Assembly: GCA_965112735.1 (NCBI GenBank)
Contig: OZ218964.1
Span: 930,001-994,000 of the forward strand
Source of the DNA: Phaeosaccion multiseriatum
Lineage: Eukaryota; Protista; Ochrophyta, other classes
Direction: 5' to 3'
DNA: 64,000 nt
Shown here: in pieces, positions 1 through 11,603 of the stretch
Numbering within the stretch: position 1 is the stretch's first letter
Layout of the letters: each line of letters opens with the position of its first letter
Notes under the pieces: model-generated
The model's database searches: none
What the model was told of the DNA's origin: nothing
Seen by the model: the letters and a program-made list of their open reading frames with translations, nothing else
Program-made: the position numbers and the translations under genes

Positions 1-87
1 ACACGCACGCCCACACACGCACGCATACACGCACACATTTACACACATACACACATACACACACACGCACACACACACACGAAACAG

Positions 88-2134
88 GTGGACCGGCACC
101 TGCTCGAGTCTCTGCTCGGGGCTGTGGAGCTCTCTTTGGAGCGAGGCGCCTTCCTGCAGTGCCTCGGCAAGGTGCCCATGCTTCACAACATGCCCGTGGG
201 GGAGAAGACACGTCTGCTCGACATGGTCACACCGAGGGACTTTGGCCCCGGAGAGTACATTATCAAGCGGGGAGAGCACGGCAGCTCCATGTTTCTGTTG
301 GTCAAGGGGAGGGCGGTGGTGCGGAGTCTATATCAGCGCACGGGGGAGACGGTTGATGTTGCTACCATCAGTCCTGTCGAGTGAGTAGGAGAGAGGAAGG
401 AAGGAAGGAAGGAAGGAAGGAATGAAGGAAGGAAGGAAGGAAGGAAGGAAGGAAGGGAAGAAGGGAAGAAGGGAAGAAGGAAGGAAGGGAAGGAGGGAGG
501 GAAGGGAGGGAAGGAAGGAAGGAAGGGAGGGAGGGAGGGAGGAAGGGAGGGAGTGGAGGGAGGAAGGAGAGGGAGGGAGGGAGAGAGGGAGGTTGATTGG
601 TTGGTTGGGTGGGTTTGTTGGTTCGATTGTGGGTTGCTGTTTCTCTCTCTGCCCGACATGCGTGCCCTGACGGTGCTATACCATTTCTCGTCTCGTCTTT
701 TCCTTGTTCCCCTCCGCCGCTCTCCCCCTTCTCGTACAGTTACTTCGGCGAGCGGGCCCTCGTGGAGAGCGACGTGCGCAACGCGAGTGTGATTGCCCTG
801 ACCAGAGTGCATTGCCTCGAGCTCACCAAGGCCGCCTTTAACAGGCAAGATACTTCGTGATACTTGACTGTTAAAGGCAACCTCTCGCCTTCCATCGTCT
901 GTGTGCGTGCCGTGCGGCCCACAACGGACAAGGAGCAAGAGTAGACGGCTCGGGCCCACCTTCCCTCCATCCATCCATCCATCCATCCATCCATCCCTCC
1001 CTCCGTCCTTCCCTCCCTCTCGCGCTTCATTTCTTTAAGTGTTTCAGAAGAGCAATGATCTCTCTGATTTCGGACTGTCTCTTCTGCCCATCTCCTTCCC
1101 CTCCCCCCCCCTTCCCCCATCCACTGCCATCCCCCCTACCGCCTCTTCGCAGCGTGTTTGGACCCATTCAGCACATCATGGAAAGGGAAGAGCCGATCAG
1201 CGCCCCGTTGGAGAGAGGGGCGAAGGACCTCAGGCCGCTGCTACTGCTGGGGGAGGGTAGCTTTGGGAGTGTGTGCCTCGTGGAGCTCAAGGGGAAGAAA
1301 CCGCTGGCAGAGGAGGAGGAGCAGGACGAGCGGGGAAGGGGGGGAGAAGGAGGAGGAGAGAGGGGGGGGGAAGGGGAAGAGAGAGGAGCAGGCGGGGATG
1401 ATGGGAAGGTGAGTGAGGTGGAAGGACGAGACCCCGCTCCCAACACCCTGCCCATTGGCCTCTTAACATGTGCTGCTACCGTACCCATATACCTCTTCCC
1501 TTCCCTGACTTAGCACACTGTGCTCTCCACGTACCCTCCTTTGCCGTACTGCCCTGTCCATACGCCTCCACCCTGTCCATACGCTTCTACCATGCCCATT
1601 CGTCGTGCGCCTCTACCCTGCCCTTCCATAACCTTGCCCGTACATCTCTACCCTCCCCCTGCCCCTCCCCCTGCCCCTGCCCCTCCCCCTCTCCTCCTCC
1701 CTTCCCCCTCCTCCATTGACAGAAGCAGCCCGCCCTCTCCGACGACGACGCCTCTATCTTCTGGCGCCACAGTCCCGACACCAAGCGGGTGGTGCGCTCC
1801 CTCCCCCGGGGGGCCGGCGAGCCCTCTGTGGCCGCACGCTGCCTGGACGCCAAGCAGGCCTTGCTGACGGCAGGGAGGCATCCCTTCATCACGGCCTTTC
1901 ATGGGTGGTACCAGGACCCGAGGGCTCTGCATCTGGTTATGGTGAGAGGGGAGGGGAGAGAGGAGAGGGGAGGAGAGAGGGGAGAGGGGAGAGGGGAGAG
2001 AGGAGAGAGGAGAGGGGAGAAGAGGGGGAGGAGAGGGGAGCAGGCTGCCTTCCTTGCCTGCTCATGTACTTGTTACAGTGAGGCTGTTGTAGTGCTACTC
2101 CTGCTGTACTGTTGCCGTTTCACCACAACTGCTG

Positions 2135-2168
<34 letters not shown>

Positions 2169-2525
2169 ATCACCAACACTCCCCCCTCCCCACCCCCACA
2201 GGAGTACGTGGAGGGCGGAACCTTGCTAGACCTGATCCAGAGGCGCCCCTCCATCCCATCCGAGCCCGGAAACACTCGCTTCTACCTTGCGGCTCTTCTC
2301 TCGGCCTTGTCGCACCTTCAAGAACGAGACATTGTGTTTAGAGGGCTCTCGGCACAGAGCGTGCTGCTGGACTCGGCAGGTAGGCCACAACCTGACTGAC
2401 TGACCGACTGACTGACTGACTGACTGACTGACTGACTGACCGACTGACTGACTGACTGACTGACTGACTGACTGACTGACTGACCGACTGACTGACTGAC
2501 TGACTGACTGACTGACTGACTGACT

Positions 2526-2559
<34 letters not shown>

Positions 2560-3733
2560 ATGACAGGCTGACTGAATGACAGGCTGACTGACTGACCGAC
2601 TGACTGACTGACAGACTGACAGACTGACTGACTGACTGACTGACTGACTGACTGACTGACTGACTGACTGACTGACTGACTGACTGACTGACTGACTGAC
2701 TGACTGACTGACTGACTGACTGACTGACTGACTGACTGACTGACCGACTGACTGACTGACTGACTGACTGACAAAGTGACTGGCTGGCTGGACTGACTGA
2801 CTGCCTGACTGACTGACTCACCCCACTGACTGAATGACTGACTGGCTGGCTGGACTGACTGACTGCCTCACTGGCTGACTCAGCCCACTGAGTGACTGAC
2901 TGACTGATACACCCATTCACTGACTGACTCACTCGACTGACTGACTGACTGGCTCACCCATTCACTGACTGACTGACTGACTGACTGACTGACTGACTGA
3001 CTGACTGACTGACTGACTGACTGACTGACTGACTGACTGACTGACTGACTGACTGACTGACTGACTGACTGACTGACTGCCTCACTGGCTGACTGACTGG
3101 CTGGCTGACTGACTGACTGGCTCACCCATTCACTGACTGACTGGCTCACCCATTCACTGACTGACTGACTGACTGACTGACTCACTGACTGACTCACTGA
3201 CTGACTGACGTGTTGTCCGTCTCCCCCCATCCATCCCCCCCGCCACGCAGCTGACTCGGTCTCCGCCTTCCCCCCCCTCCCCCACCCCACCACCTCTCTC
3301 GCATGTATCGTCGCCATTTGTCCAGGCTACCCTCGTCTTTGTGACTTCACTCTGGCCAGAGTGCTGAAGGACGGCAGAGCGTACACGCTGTGTGGGTGAG
3401 TAAGGGACGGGTTCGAGGGGTAGAGGGTGTGGGTGAGAGGGTGGAGGGAAGAGAGGAGAGGAGAGAGGAGAGAGGAGAGAGGAGAGAGAGGTAGAGGGGT
3501 AGAGAGTGGAGGGTACCTCCCCACCCGTCTATATAGTCTATATAGTCTATATTGGGGATTTACGTCTCCTTGCTGCCGTTCCTCCTCCCCCCCCCCCCTC
3601 CCCCCGCCTCCTCCCCCTCCTCCCCCTCCTTCTCCTTCTCCTCCTCCTTCTCCTCCTTCTTCTTCTTCCTCTCCTCCTCCTCCTCCATCTCCTCCTCCCC
3701 CCCCCCCCCCTCCTCCTCCTCCTCCTCCTCCTC

Positions 3734-3768
<35 letters not shown>

Positions 3769-5996
3769 TCCTCCTCCTCCTCCTCCTTCTCCTCCTCCTC
3801 CTCCTCCTTCTCCTTCTCCCTCTCCTCCTCCATGTCCTCCTCCTCCTCAGTCGGCCGGGGTACATCGCCCCGGAGGTGTTGCTCGGTCGCGGTTACGATA
3901 CAAGGGCGGACCTTTGGTCTCTCGGAGCTCTCGTGCAGCATCTATCGGAGGGAGCCCCACCGCCCATGCCGCTCGAGCCGCTGCAGCTGGAGGAGGAGGA
4001 GGAGGAGGAGGAGGAGGAGGAGGAGGAGGAGATGGAGGAGATGGAGGAGGAGAGGGAGAAGGAGGAGGAGGAGGAGGAGGAGGAGGAGGAGGAGGAGGAG
4101 GAGGAGGAGGAGGAGGATGAGGAGATGGAGGAGGAGAGGGAGAAGGAGGAGGAGGATGAGGAGGAGGAGGAGGAGGAGGAGAAGGAGCAGAACGAGGAGG
4201 AGGAGGAGGAGGGAGAAGAGGAGGAGGGAGAAGGAGAGCGTGGTGATGGTGGCCTCGACAAAGATCAAGAGCAAGAGCGAGAACGGGTTGATGATGAAGA
4301 GCAAGTCGCGGTGGAGACAAAGACGGGTCAGGGCAAGCAGGGCCAGAACAATCACGTCCGTGGCAGACCCAAGGAGCCGCAGAGGAGGAGGAGGAGGAGG
4401 AGTTTGGACTCGTTAGCTGAGGAGGGTGGGGAGGGGAGTGAAGAAGCAGACGGGAGGGGAGACCGAGGCGAGCAGGGAGGAGCGAGAGAGAGAGCGAGGA
4501 GATGTCACAGCGGCTACGCGGCAACAGCGGTTAGCAGTGATATAGCAGTTGGTGATACAATAGGTGGTGGGGCAGCAGCCGCCGCGGGGGAGAGAGAGGG
4601 GGGAGGCAAGGGCAAGGGAAGAAAGAGGGGCATGGCATCAGCCGTGGCACAGCAGCAGAGGCGACCACTGCAGCGCATGGGCAGCACCGTCTTTCCCGCC
4701 ATGAGCATGGCTTTCGGCGGCAACCTCACCCCTGCACTACCAACTGCTACCATTGCTACGGCTGCTGGTACTGCGGCTGCTACAACTACTGCTGCCGCTG
4801 CCCATATGATTGTTGCATCAGCAGCCGAAGTCGAAGCGGCGGCGATGGAACGCGCATCAGCAGTGGCAGCAAGCGAAGCAAGCAGAGGAGCAAGTGGACG
4901 AGCACGAGCGGAGGCGGCGGCCGGCGGCGATGACCGTAGTGTGAGTGTGAGTGTGAGTGCGAGTGTGGATGGGGCTGGTGACAATGGTGATGATGGTGTT
5001 GTCTCTGCCTCTGCCTCTGCCTCGGCCACGCCCATGCCGCCACGGTCTCCGGCAACGAGAACGGGGGGAACGGAGTTGTCTAACACGCCAGCAGGGGCAA
5101 CAGTTGGTAATACAGCAACAGCAGCAGTATTAGTAGCAGCAGCAGTTGGTGATACAGCAGCAGCCATACGAGGCCCACTCCCGCCCTCCAGAGGCTCCGA
5201 CGGCGGCGGCGGTGCGTTATCTTCGTCATCAGCATCGATACCATCGATATCATCGGCATCATCGACATCAACATCATCGAAACCCATATTGGAGGGGGTT
5301 TCTCAGCCCTCTCTGCCCTCTCCACGCTCGTCCTTCTCCTCCCTTCCCCCGGTACCCCCCGGGGAGATTGAGACAGCGCGTGACGTCATTGCCGCGCTGC
5401 TTGTGGCGAACCCCCTCGCTCGCCTGGGGGGCTCCCGGGGGGACCTCGACATTCGAAACACCAAGTTCTTCCAGGGTATGTACTGACTTACAAAGTGCCT
5501 GTATGTATCTGTCTATTTCTCTGTCTACCGATGTTCTGTATCTCATGTGCTCTCTATGTATCTACCTGTCTGTCTGTCTATCTACCCTTCTACCCCATTT
5601 ATCTTCGTTTGCTGCTTGGTTGCTTGTTTGCTTGGCTTGCTGCTCACTCCCTCACTCCCCTTCCTCCCCTCCCTCCTCCCTCTCGGTTCCCTAGGCTTTG
5701 ACTGGGAAGCACTGCTCGAGCGAAGACTGCCCCCCCCCTTCGTGCCCAACGAAGAGGACATGGCAAAACGCCTGGCTGGCAGGGGCCTCCAGGGGGGGCA
5801 GCAGTCCCCGGGGGGCGGGGAGCCCTTCCTAGGGGGGGGGAATCAGTCCCCAGGGGGCCAGCACTCCCAAGGGGGGAATCAGTCCCCAGGGGGGCAGCAG
5901 TCGTCCCAGCTGGTGGGGCTACAGGAGGAGGAGGAGTGCGGGGAGGGAGAGGGGGAGGGTTGGGAGGGAGGAGCCAAGGAAGACGATGATAACTGA
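88..5996 (+). CDS. Cyclic-nucleotide-binding domain + AGC-type (PKG/PKA-like) kinase-fold protein, probable pseudokinase; 5' part lies outside the window
   Basis: Exons approx. 88-380, 740-844, 1153-1408, 1723-1941, 2202-2379, 3326-3395, 3851-5475, 5695-5996. cNMP domain (GEYIIKRGEHGSSMFLLVKG...YFGERAL...RNASV), G-loop LGEGSFGSV, HPFI, TLCG..YIAPE, AGC tail FDWEALLERRLPPPFVP. Confidence 0.85.
2392..3208 (+). repeat. About 0.8 kb (GACT)n microsatellite with variants, intronic
   Basis: Direct inspection; the source of the spurious SQSV ORFs. Confidence 0.97.
3581..4230. repeat. (CCT)n intronic tract (3581-3848) facing a (GAG)n exonic poly-Glu tract (3990-4230), forming an imperfect inverted repeat
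   Basis: 3810-3833 is the exact reverse complement of 4041-4064 and 4125-4148. Confidence 0.85.
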
Positions 5997-6867
5997 CCCT
6001 CTTTAGAGCATCGGAGCAAGGAAGTAAGACGTGAAGAGGGAGAGCGATGAGCGACAAGGATGGCCGTCGTCGTTAGCCGTAAAGTCACAGAGCTCCGGCA
6101 TACGAATACGAGCGCTTAGTCCAGAGACTGATGAGGGATGAGGGATTTGAGTAGCATCCCCTTCCTCTTCCTCTTCCCCTTTCACACACACACACACACA
6201 CATACGTAATTCTTAGGTTGATTCCTGTAAGTCAATAAACCTCCCCCTTCCCTTTGACTGCCATCCCCTTTCCCCCCTTCTTGTGGTGGGACATGCATTG
6301 ACTTATGATGGGCAGAACGAAGACCTCATGCACCTCGTGGTGACAAATCATGACACGGGCGGCAACACCATGCACGCACGCACACACGCACACACGCACG
6401 CCCCCACGCCCCCACGCACGCACGCACTCATGCTCGCAGCGCCTCTTTTCCTCTTCTTTTCACTCGCCGTCAACACCAATGCTCTCCTCCTCCAGCACCG
6501 CGAGGCAGGAAGAGGCAACTTCAACAGGCATGCCCAAGGGTTTTCGATGTCGGTTTTCTAGTTTTTATCTCGTCCGGTATCATAATTCTTCAAAATGCTT
6601 CCGTCACCCCCATACCCACTCGCCCCCGAAAACACGCTTCAAGAGAGCCACGTGTAACGGCTACCGACGAATGACGTCACCTCCTCCTCCTTCTCCTCCT
6701 CCACCAGCAAACGCTTCGCCCTTTTGCATATACCGCCTACTTGCTAATCGTAGTGGCTGGCTCCCCCACAGTATAGCTCATCCCACTGCCTCCTCCTCTA
6801 TTGGCTCAGCTAGTTGTTCCTAGTGCCTCTTCTACCGCTCCTCTACCGCTATTCCGATATAGCTCCT

Positions 6868-9800
6868 CTAGATCTCGCTCATGCTGACGGGGCGGCCCTC
6901 CTTGAGGGAGAGGTCGCACGCCATCGCCATCTTCAGTGCCGCAGCTCCGTCCTCGCCCGACGGGCTCACCACACCCCCGCTCTTGAGGATATCGCAGAAG
7001 GCCTTTGTCTCGTTCTCGTAGGCGTCCTTGTACCTCGACATAAAGAAGGAGTAAGGCAAGTCCTGAGTCTGGCAGCTCTTGGAGTCCCACTTTGACACAT
7101 TGGAGGGGAAGTGGTTGTCGTGCTTCACCAGGCCCTGTGAGGAAGAGAGAAGAGGGGGAGGGGGGTGAGGAGAGGAGCAGGAGCAGAGGGGAGAGGAGGA
7201 GAGAGGGGAGAGCCGCACGCACGCACACACACACACGCGCACCCACGCACACGCACACGCGCCCGAACACATGGACTTTGTCAGAGGCGAGAGGGAGCTC
7301 GTCACGACAACACCTCAAAGTGCAGCGCCCATGACAGGAGGAAGAGAGGGAGGGAGGGAGGGAGGGAGGGACCGAGGGGGGCGAAAGCTTACCTCAGTGC
7401 CGAAGAACTCCACTCGCTGGTCGTAACCGTAGGTGGCGCGGCGGCATACCTGGATGGTGGCAGTGGAGCCCGACTCAAACTCGATGAGGATGTTGGCTGT
7501 GTCGATGGCCTCGGAGGGGTTGGAGTCCTTCAGCTCCAGGATCTTCTTGTCCACGTTGCAGGAGCCTGTTGGGTCGTGGTGCGCAAAATGACAACAAAAA
7601 ATCCGTTACAGAAGGGGGCAGAGCGGTCGGTGTGCTATCTTCCTTCCTTACTCCCTCACTTGCTCGACCTCTTCCTCGTCCTCACTTCGCACTCCCTCCC
7701 TCCCTTCATACTCCCCTCCCTCCCTCCTTCACTCACTCACTCACTCACCCGTGGCGTAAACCCTGACTGGCTCGTTGGGTCCGCAGCTGCCCATGAGCCA
7801 CCTCGCAATGTCGAGGTCGTGAATGGCCATGTCCTTGAACAGACCTCCTCCGCCCTTGACGTACTCAAAGGGAGGCGCGGCTGAAAAGTGGGGATGGGGT
7901 AGGGGGGGGGGGGGGAGGATGGTGGAAGCATATGGGTATATAAGTATATGATGGGTGAGTGAGCGAGTGAGAAGGGGTAGTAAGAGAGGGGCAGGCATAT
8001 TGGGAAACGTTCGGGCGGAGGGCGTGAGGGAGGATGGGGAAGGAACGAGTAGGGAGAGGAGGGCCGTTACAGGTGTGCGGTGCCAGGCCTGGTCACAAAA
8101 AAGAAGACGCACACACACACACACCTGGGTCACGCGACTGCAGCACGGCGCTGACGGGGCTGCCCACCTCTCCGTCGGCAATGGTCTTTTGCAGCCTCGC
8201 GAAGGAGGGGTCGAACCTCCTCTGGAACGCCGTCATGAGCTGCACATTGCAGTCCTTGGCAACCTGCGTGGGACGAGAGGAGGGGGAGGAGGAGGAGGAG
8301 GAGGAGGAGGAGGAGGAGGAGGAGGAGGATACAGGTGGTCAGGTGCCTTTGTGCCTTCGTCATTGCCACAATCACAGCCACAGCCGACTGAGGTGACCAC
8401 AGGACAACGGGGGATAGGGCACAGTAGCGAGCGTATGTTGGGAAGTAAGGGAGGCAGAGGGATGCTGCGGGAGAACCACAGCCCATGGCCCCACAGTCCA
8501 CCGCCTCGGTTCACACGAAGTGCATTGGACTACCAACAGGAGGGAAGGACGTGGGAGGGAAGGGGGAGGGAAGGGGGGGGGGGGGGCAAAGGCTGCTGCC
8601 AAGGAGGAGGGTATGCAGGCATGCAGCCCACTGGGTGGAGGTACGGCCAGGCAAGTGCAGTGGTGGAGGTACGGCCAGGCAAGTGCAGTGGCGGCGACTT
8701 GTTTGCGCAGTCCGGTATAGATGTATAGGTGGAAGCAGATGGCTGCTGACGCTGACCTACCTGAATGGCCTCGAGGGTGCCCGGCAGGTCCGTGGCGATG
8801 GGCTTCTCGCAGAAGATGTGCTTACCGGCCTTGGCGCATTTCTGGAGGGAGATAGGTAGGTAGGTAGGTAGGTAGGTTGGGGGGAGGGAAGGGAGGGAGG
8901 TTGGTAGGGAGGTCAGGGAGAGAGGTCCTCTTCTCATTGGGCAGGGACTTTCTGCCCCATCCTCGTCGATCACCAAGGCGTTCAGGTGTCCAGCGTAGTC
9001 GTGCATGTGTCTGTATGTATGTACGTATGTACGTGTGATATGTATCTATGTATGTATGTACGTATGTATGCATGTATGTATGTATGTATGTATGTATGTA
9101 TGTATGTATATGTATGTATATGTATGTATGTATGTATGTATGTATATATGTATGTATGCATGTGAAAACACACCTTGATCTGGTCGGCGTGGAACTGGGA
9201 GGGTGAGCAGATCCACACGGCCTCCACATCCTTGTGGTGGATGACTTCGTCGCCATCGAGCGTGTACTCGGGCACGTTGAACTTGGCTGTCACCTGCAAA
9301 CGAGCACATACACACAGAGGGAGAGAAAGAGAGTGAGACACAAGAGAAAAGAAACAGGAAGCAGACAGGGCATTGGATAGATGGACAGACAGAGAGACAG
9401 ACAGACAGACATCTGTCCACACACACAGACAATAGCTCTAAATAGAGCTGCCCCTCTCACCTCCTTGAGCACTGGCTCCACGACATCGGAGATGATGACG
9501 GGCTGCACGCCGGGCACAGCTGCCAGAGTGGCCAAGTGGACCTAAGGGGGGGGGGGGAGGAGAAGGGGTGCTAAGCGTTCAGAATATGACTATGACATGC
9601 ATATAAGATATGGCACAAGACGGGGTCAATGCATTTGGCTTCTTGCGTGCCTCTCTCTCTCTGGCCGCAGGAGCTCCGGGGGAATACACCAGCCATGAAA
9701 AGAAAGGGGAGGGGACGGGAGGTGAGAGAGACAGTTCACTGCCGCCCGTACCTGTCCAATGCGGCCGGCTCCGATGACCCCGACATTGAGGTTTCGGCAC

Positions 9801-10451
9801 TGGGTGGTGACGGCCTTGGTGGAGGCCCTGTGAGCCAAAGTAGAAGGGGGGGAGACGAGAACCAAAGGAATGGAGCAGCGGCAAAGCGTCAGCAGCAGCA
9901 GCAGCAGCAGCAGCAGGAGGAGGAGGAGAAGGAGGAAGAGCAACCGTTCAGCAAGAGACGGAGGACAAGATGGAACTGCTTCGTATCAGGACTGCTCCTC
10001 CCAAATGTGAATCTTCTCTCCTCTAATTCACTCCTTCCTCCGGAAGACTGTTAACCACCAGAGAAGGTGGGGATAACAGTGGTACTCAAGGGCAAGAGAC
10101 GATACCAGTTAGAGCATGATGGCAAAGACGTATGGCAAAGAGAGCATGAGGGGCGGGGTAAAGGGGCCAAACACCCACGTTCCCTCTCACTTCCTTTCTA
10201 TCCAATGCACTGCTCTGCATCTTTAAGTTGCTACCCCTCTACCCTCCTTCTCTACCATACGCCCTCTCAGCCCCCCACTCTGCTGCTGCTACATGCTGCC
10301 GCGCCACACATCATCCCATCCTCTCTTTGGGATACACGCTCCCCGCTCCACCCTCGATCATACGCCGTTGCTGCTGCGGCAGCTGGGAGTTGAAATGCAA
10401 CAAGTCTTACCTAGCGGCCGTCTGCCCTACGCGTGCAAGAGTAGAAAGCAT
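6868..10451 (-). CDS. iolG: Myo-inositol 2-dehydrogenase-like (Gfo/Idh/MocA family) with predicted mitochondrial presequence
   Basis: Spliced product [14 protein letters not shown]|[25 protein letters not shown]...[10 protein letters not shown]...AFQRRFDP...SRDP...[18 protein letters not shown]...YGYDQRVE. First exon 10451-10411 (phase 2) joins an acceptor near 9827. Confidence 0.9.
9012..9160 (+). repeat. (TATG)n microsatellite, intronic
   Basis: Direct inspection. Confidence 0.95.
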
Positions 10452-10860
10452 GATGAAGAGAGAAGAGAAGGAGAGGGATAGATAACAAAAAACTGGGCCG
10501 CTTACATACGCGTTGCAAGGAGGGAACAGCGGGAAGCTGAAACTGAAACTGGTGTGCCGCCAGGCCATCGGCTCGGCGGCGCGCCAAAGTCCCCCTCCGC
10601 TAATGAAAGAATCAGCCACACCACGGAGTGTGTAGAGCGAGGCGGCTTATCCGCGAGTCTGGGTTCTTGCCGTAGAATAGACCAGTTGGCCACGTCCTGC
10701 CACCCAAACTCGGTTCTTCTCTGTCCTGTCCAAGGGAACACCCTCTCTCAGAGAGCAGGGCTGGTGCTGCGCAGCTCAAGCGTACTTACTCGCTGGACGG
10801 TATTGGCCGTGCAGACAGTGGCTCTTACGGCGAGAAGGCGAAACATCCCTGGTCGTGATC

Positions 10861-11603
10861 ATGAACAAGTGGCACGCAACGAAACGCTCCGGGAACGGAA
10901 CCTCTCCTTCTGTCAACGGAGGAGCTGGCAAGGGACAGGGGGGCTGGCAATCCAATCCCCACAACACGCGAGACGAGAGCTCGAGGCCGCTCACGCAAGA
11001 GAGCGATGATGATGGCGACGAGGAGGAGGACTGGATACAGAAACAGATTCGAGGGCATCACGTGAGTGGACTTAAACAATGCATCCTGCTTCCTTAGTTG
11101 GCCTCCTTCTCTACGCTCTGGATAGGATGGGAGAACCTTTGAAATGACCGCCGCTGCCCGCAAAGACTTCTTACACGAAACCTTCGTGTGTCCCCGCCTT
11201 TTGGTCCCCCCCCCCCCCCCACCGACAAACACTTGTCCCAGACGCCAAGTTTGCTCTGCCTTACCGACTTGTTCCCTTGTGCGTCCGTCCTGCTCTCCCC
11301 ACCTGCACACAACACAAACAACAGACCCAGATGCGTGAGCAGGACCAGCACCTGGACGACCTGGGTAGCTCCGTGGCTCGCTTGGGAGAGATCTCCCTCA
11401 CCATCAGCCACGAAATCAATCAGCAAAACGACATGCTGGAGAACGTTGCCGACGACTTTGAAACCGCCATCTCGGGCATGGATGTGGTGACTCGCAAGAC
11501 GCAGGAGCTGGTGCGAAAGAGCGGGGGCATGAAGTGGTTCATGCTCATCCTTTGCCTCGTGGTGGTACTCATCGTCCTCACCCTCATGGTGATTTACTTT
11601 TGA
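10861..11603 (+). CDS. Qc-SNARE (syntaxin-6/8-like), short form of about 159 aa
   Basis: Exons 10861-11061 and 11325-11603. SNARE coil REQDQHLDDLGSSVARLGEISLTISHEINQQNDMLE followed by a C-terminal TM helix WFMLILCLVVVLIVLTLMVIYF. Confidence 0.85.

Noticed and set aside
2226-3317. SQSV-repeat ORFs on the minus strand
   Set aside because: Translations of an intronic (GACT)n microsatellite.
6283-6561. Small ORF or C/D snoRNA between the kinase and iolG 3' ends
   Set aside because: No recognisable protein motif, and no proper RTGATGA/CTGA box pair with a terminal stem.
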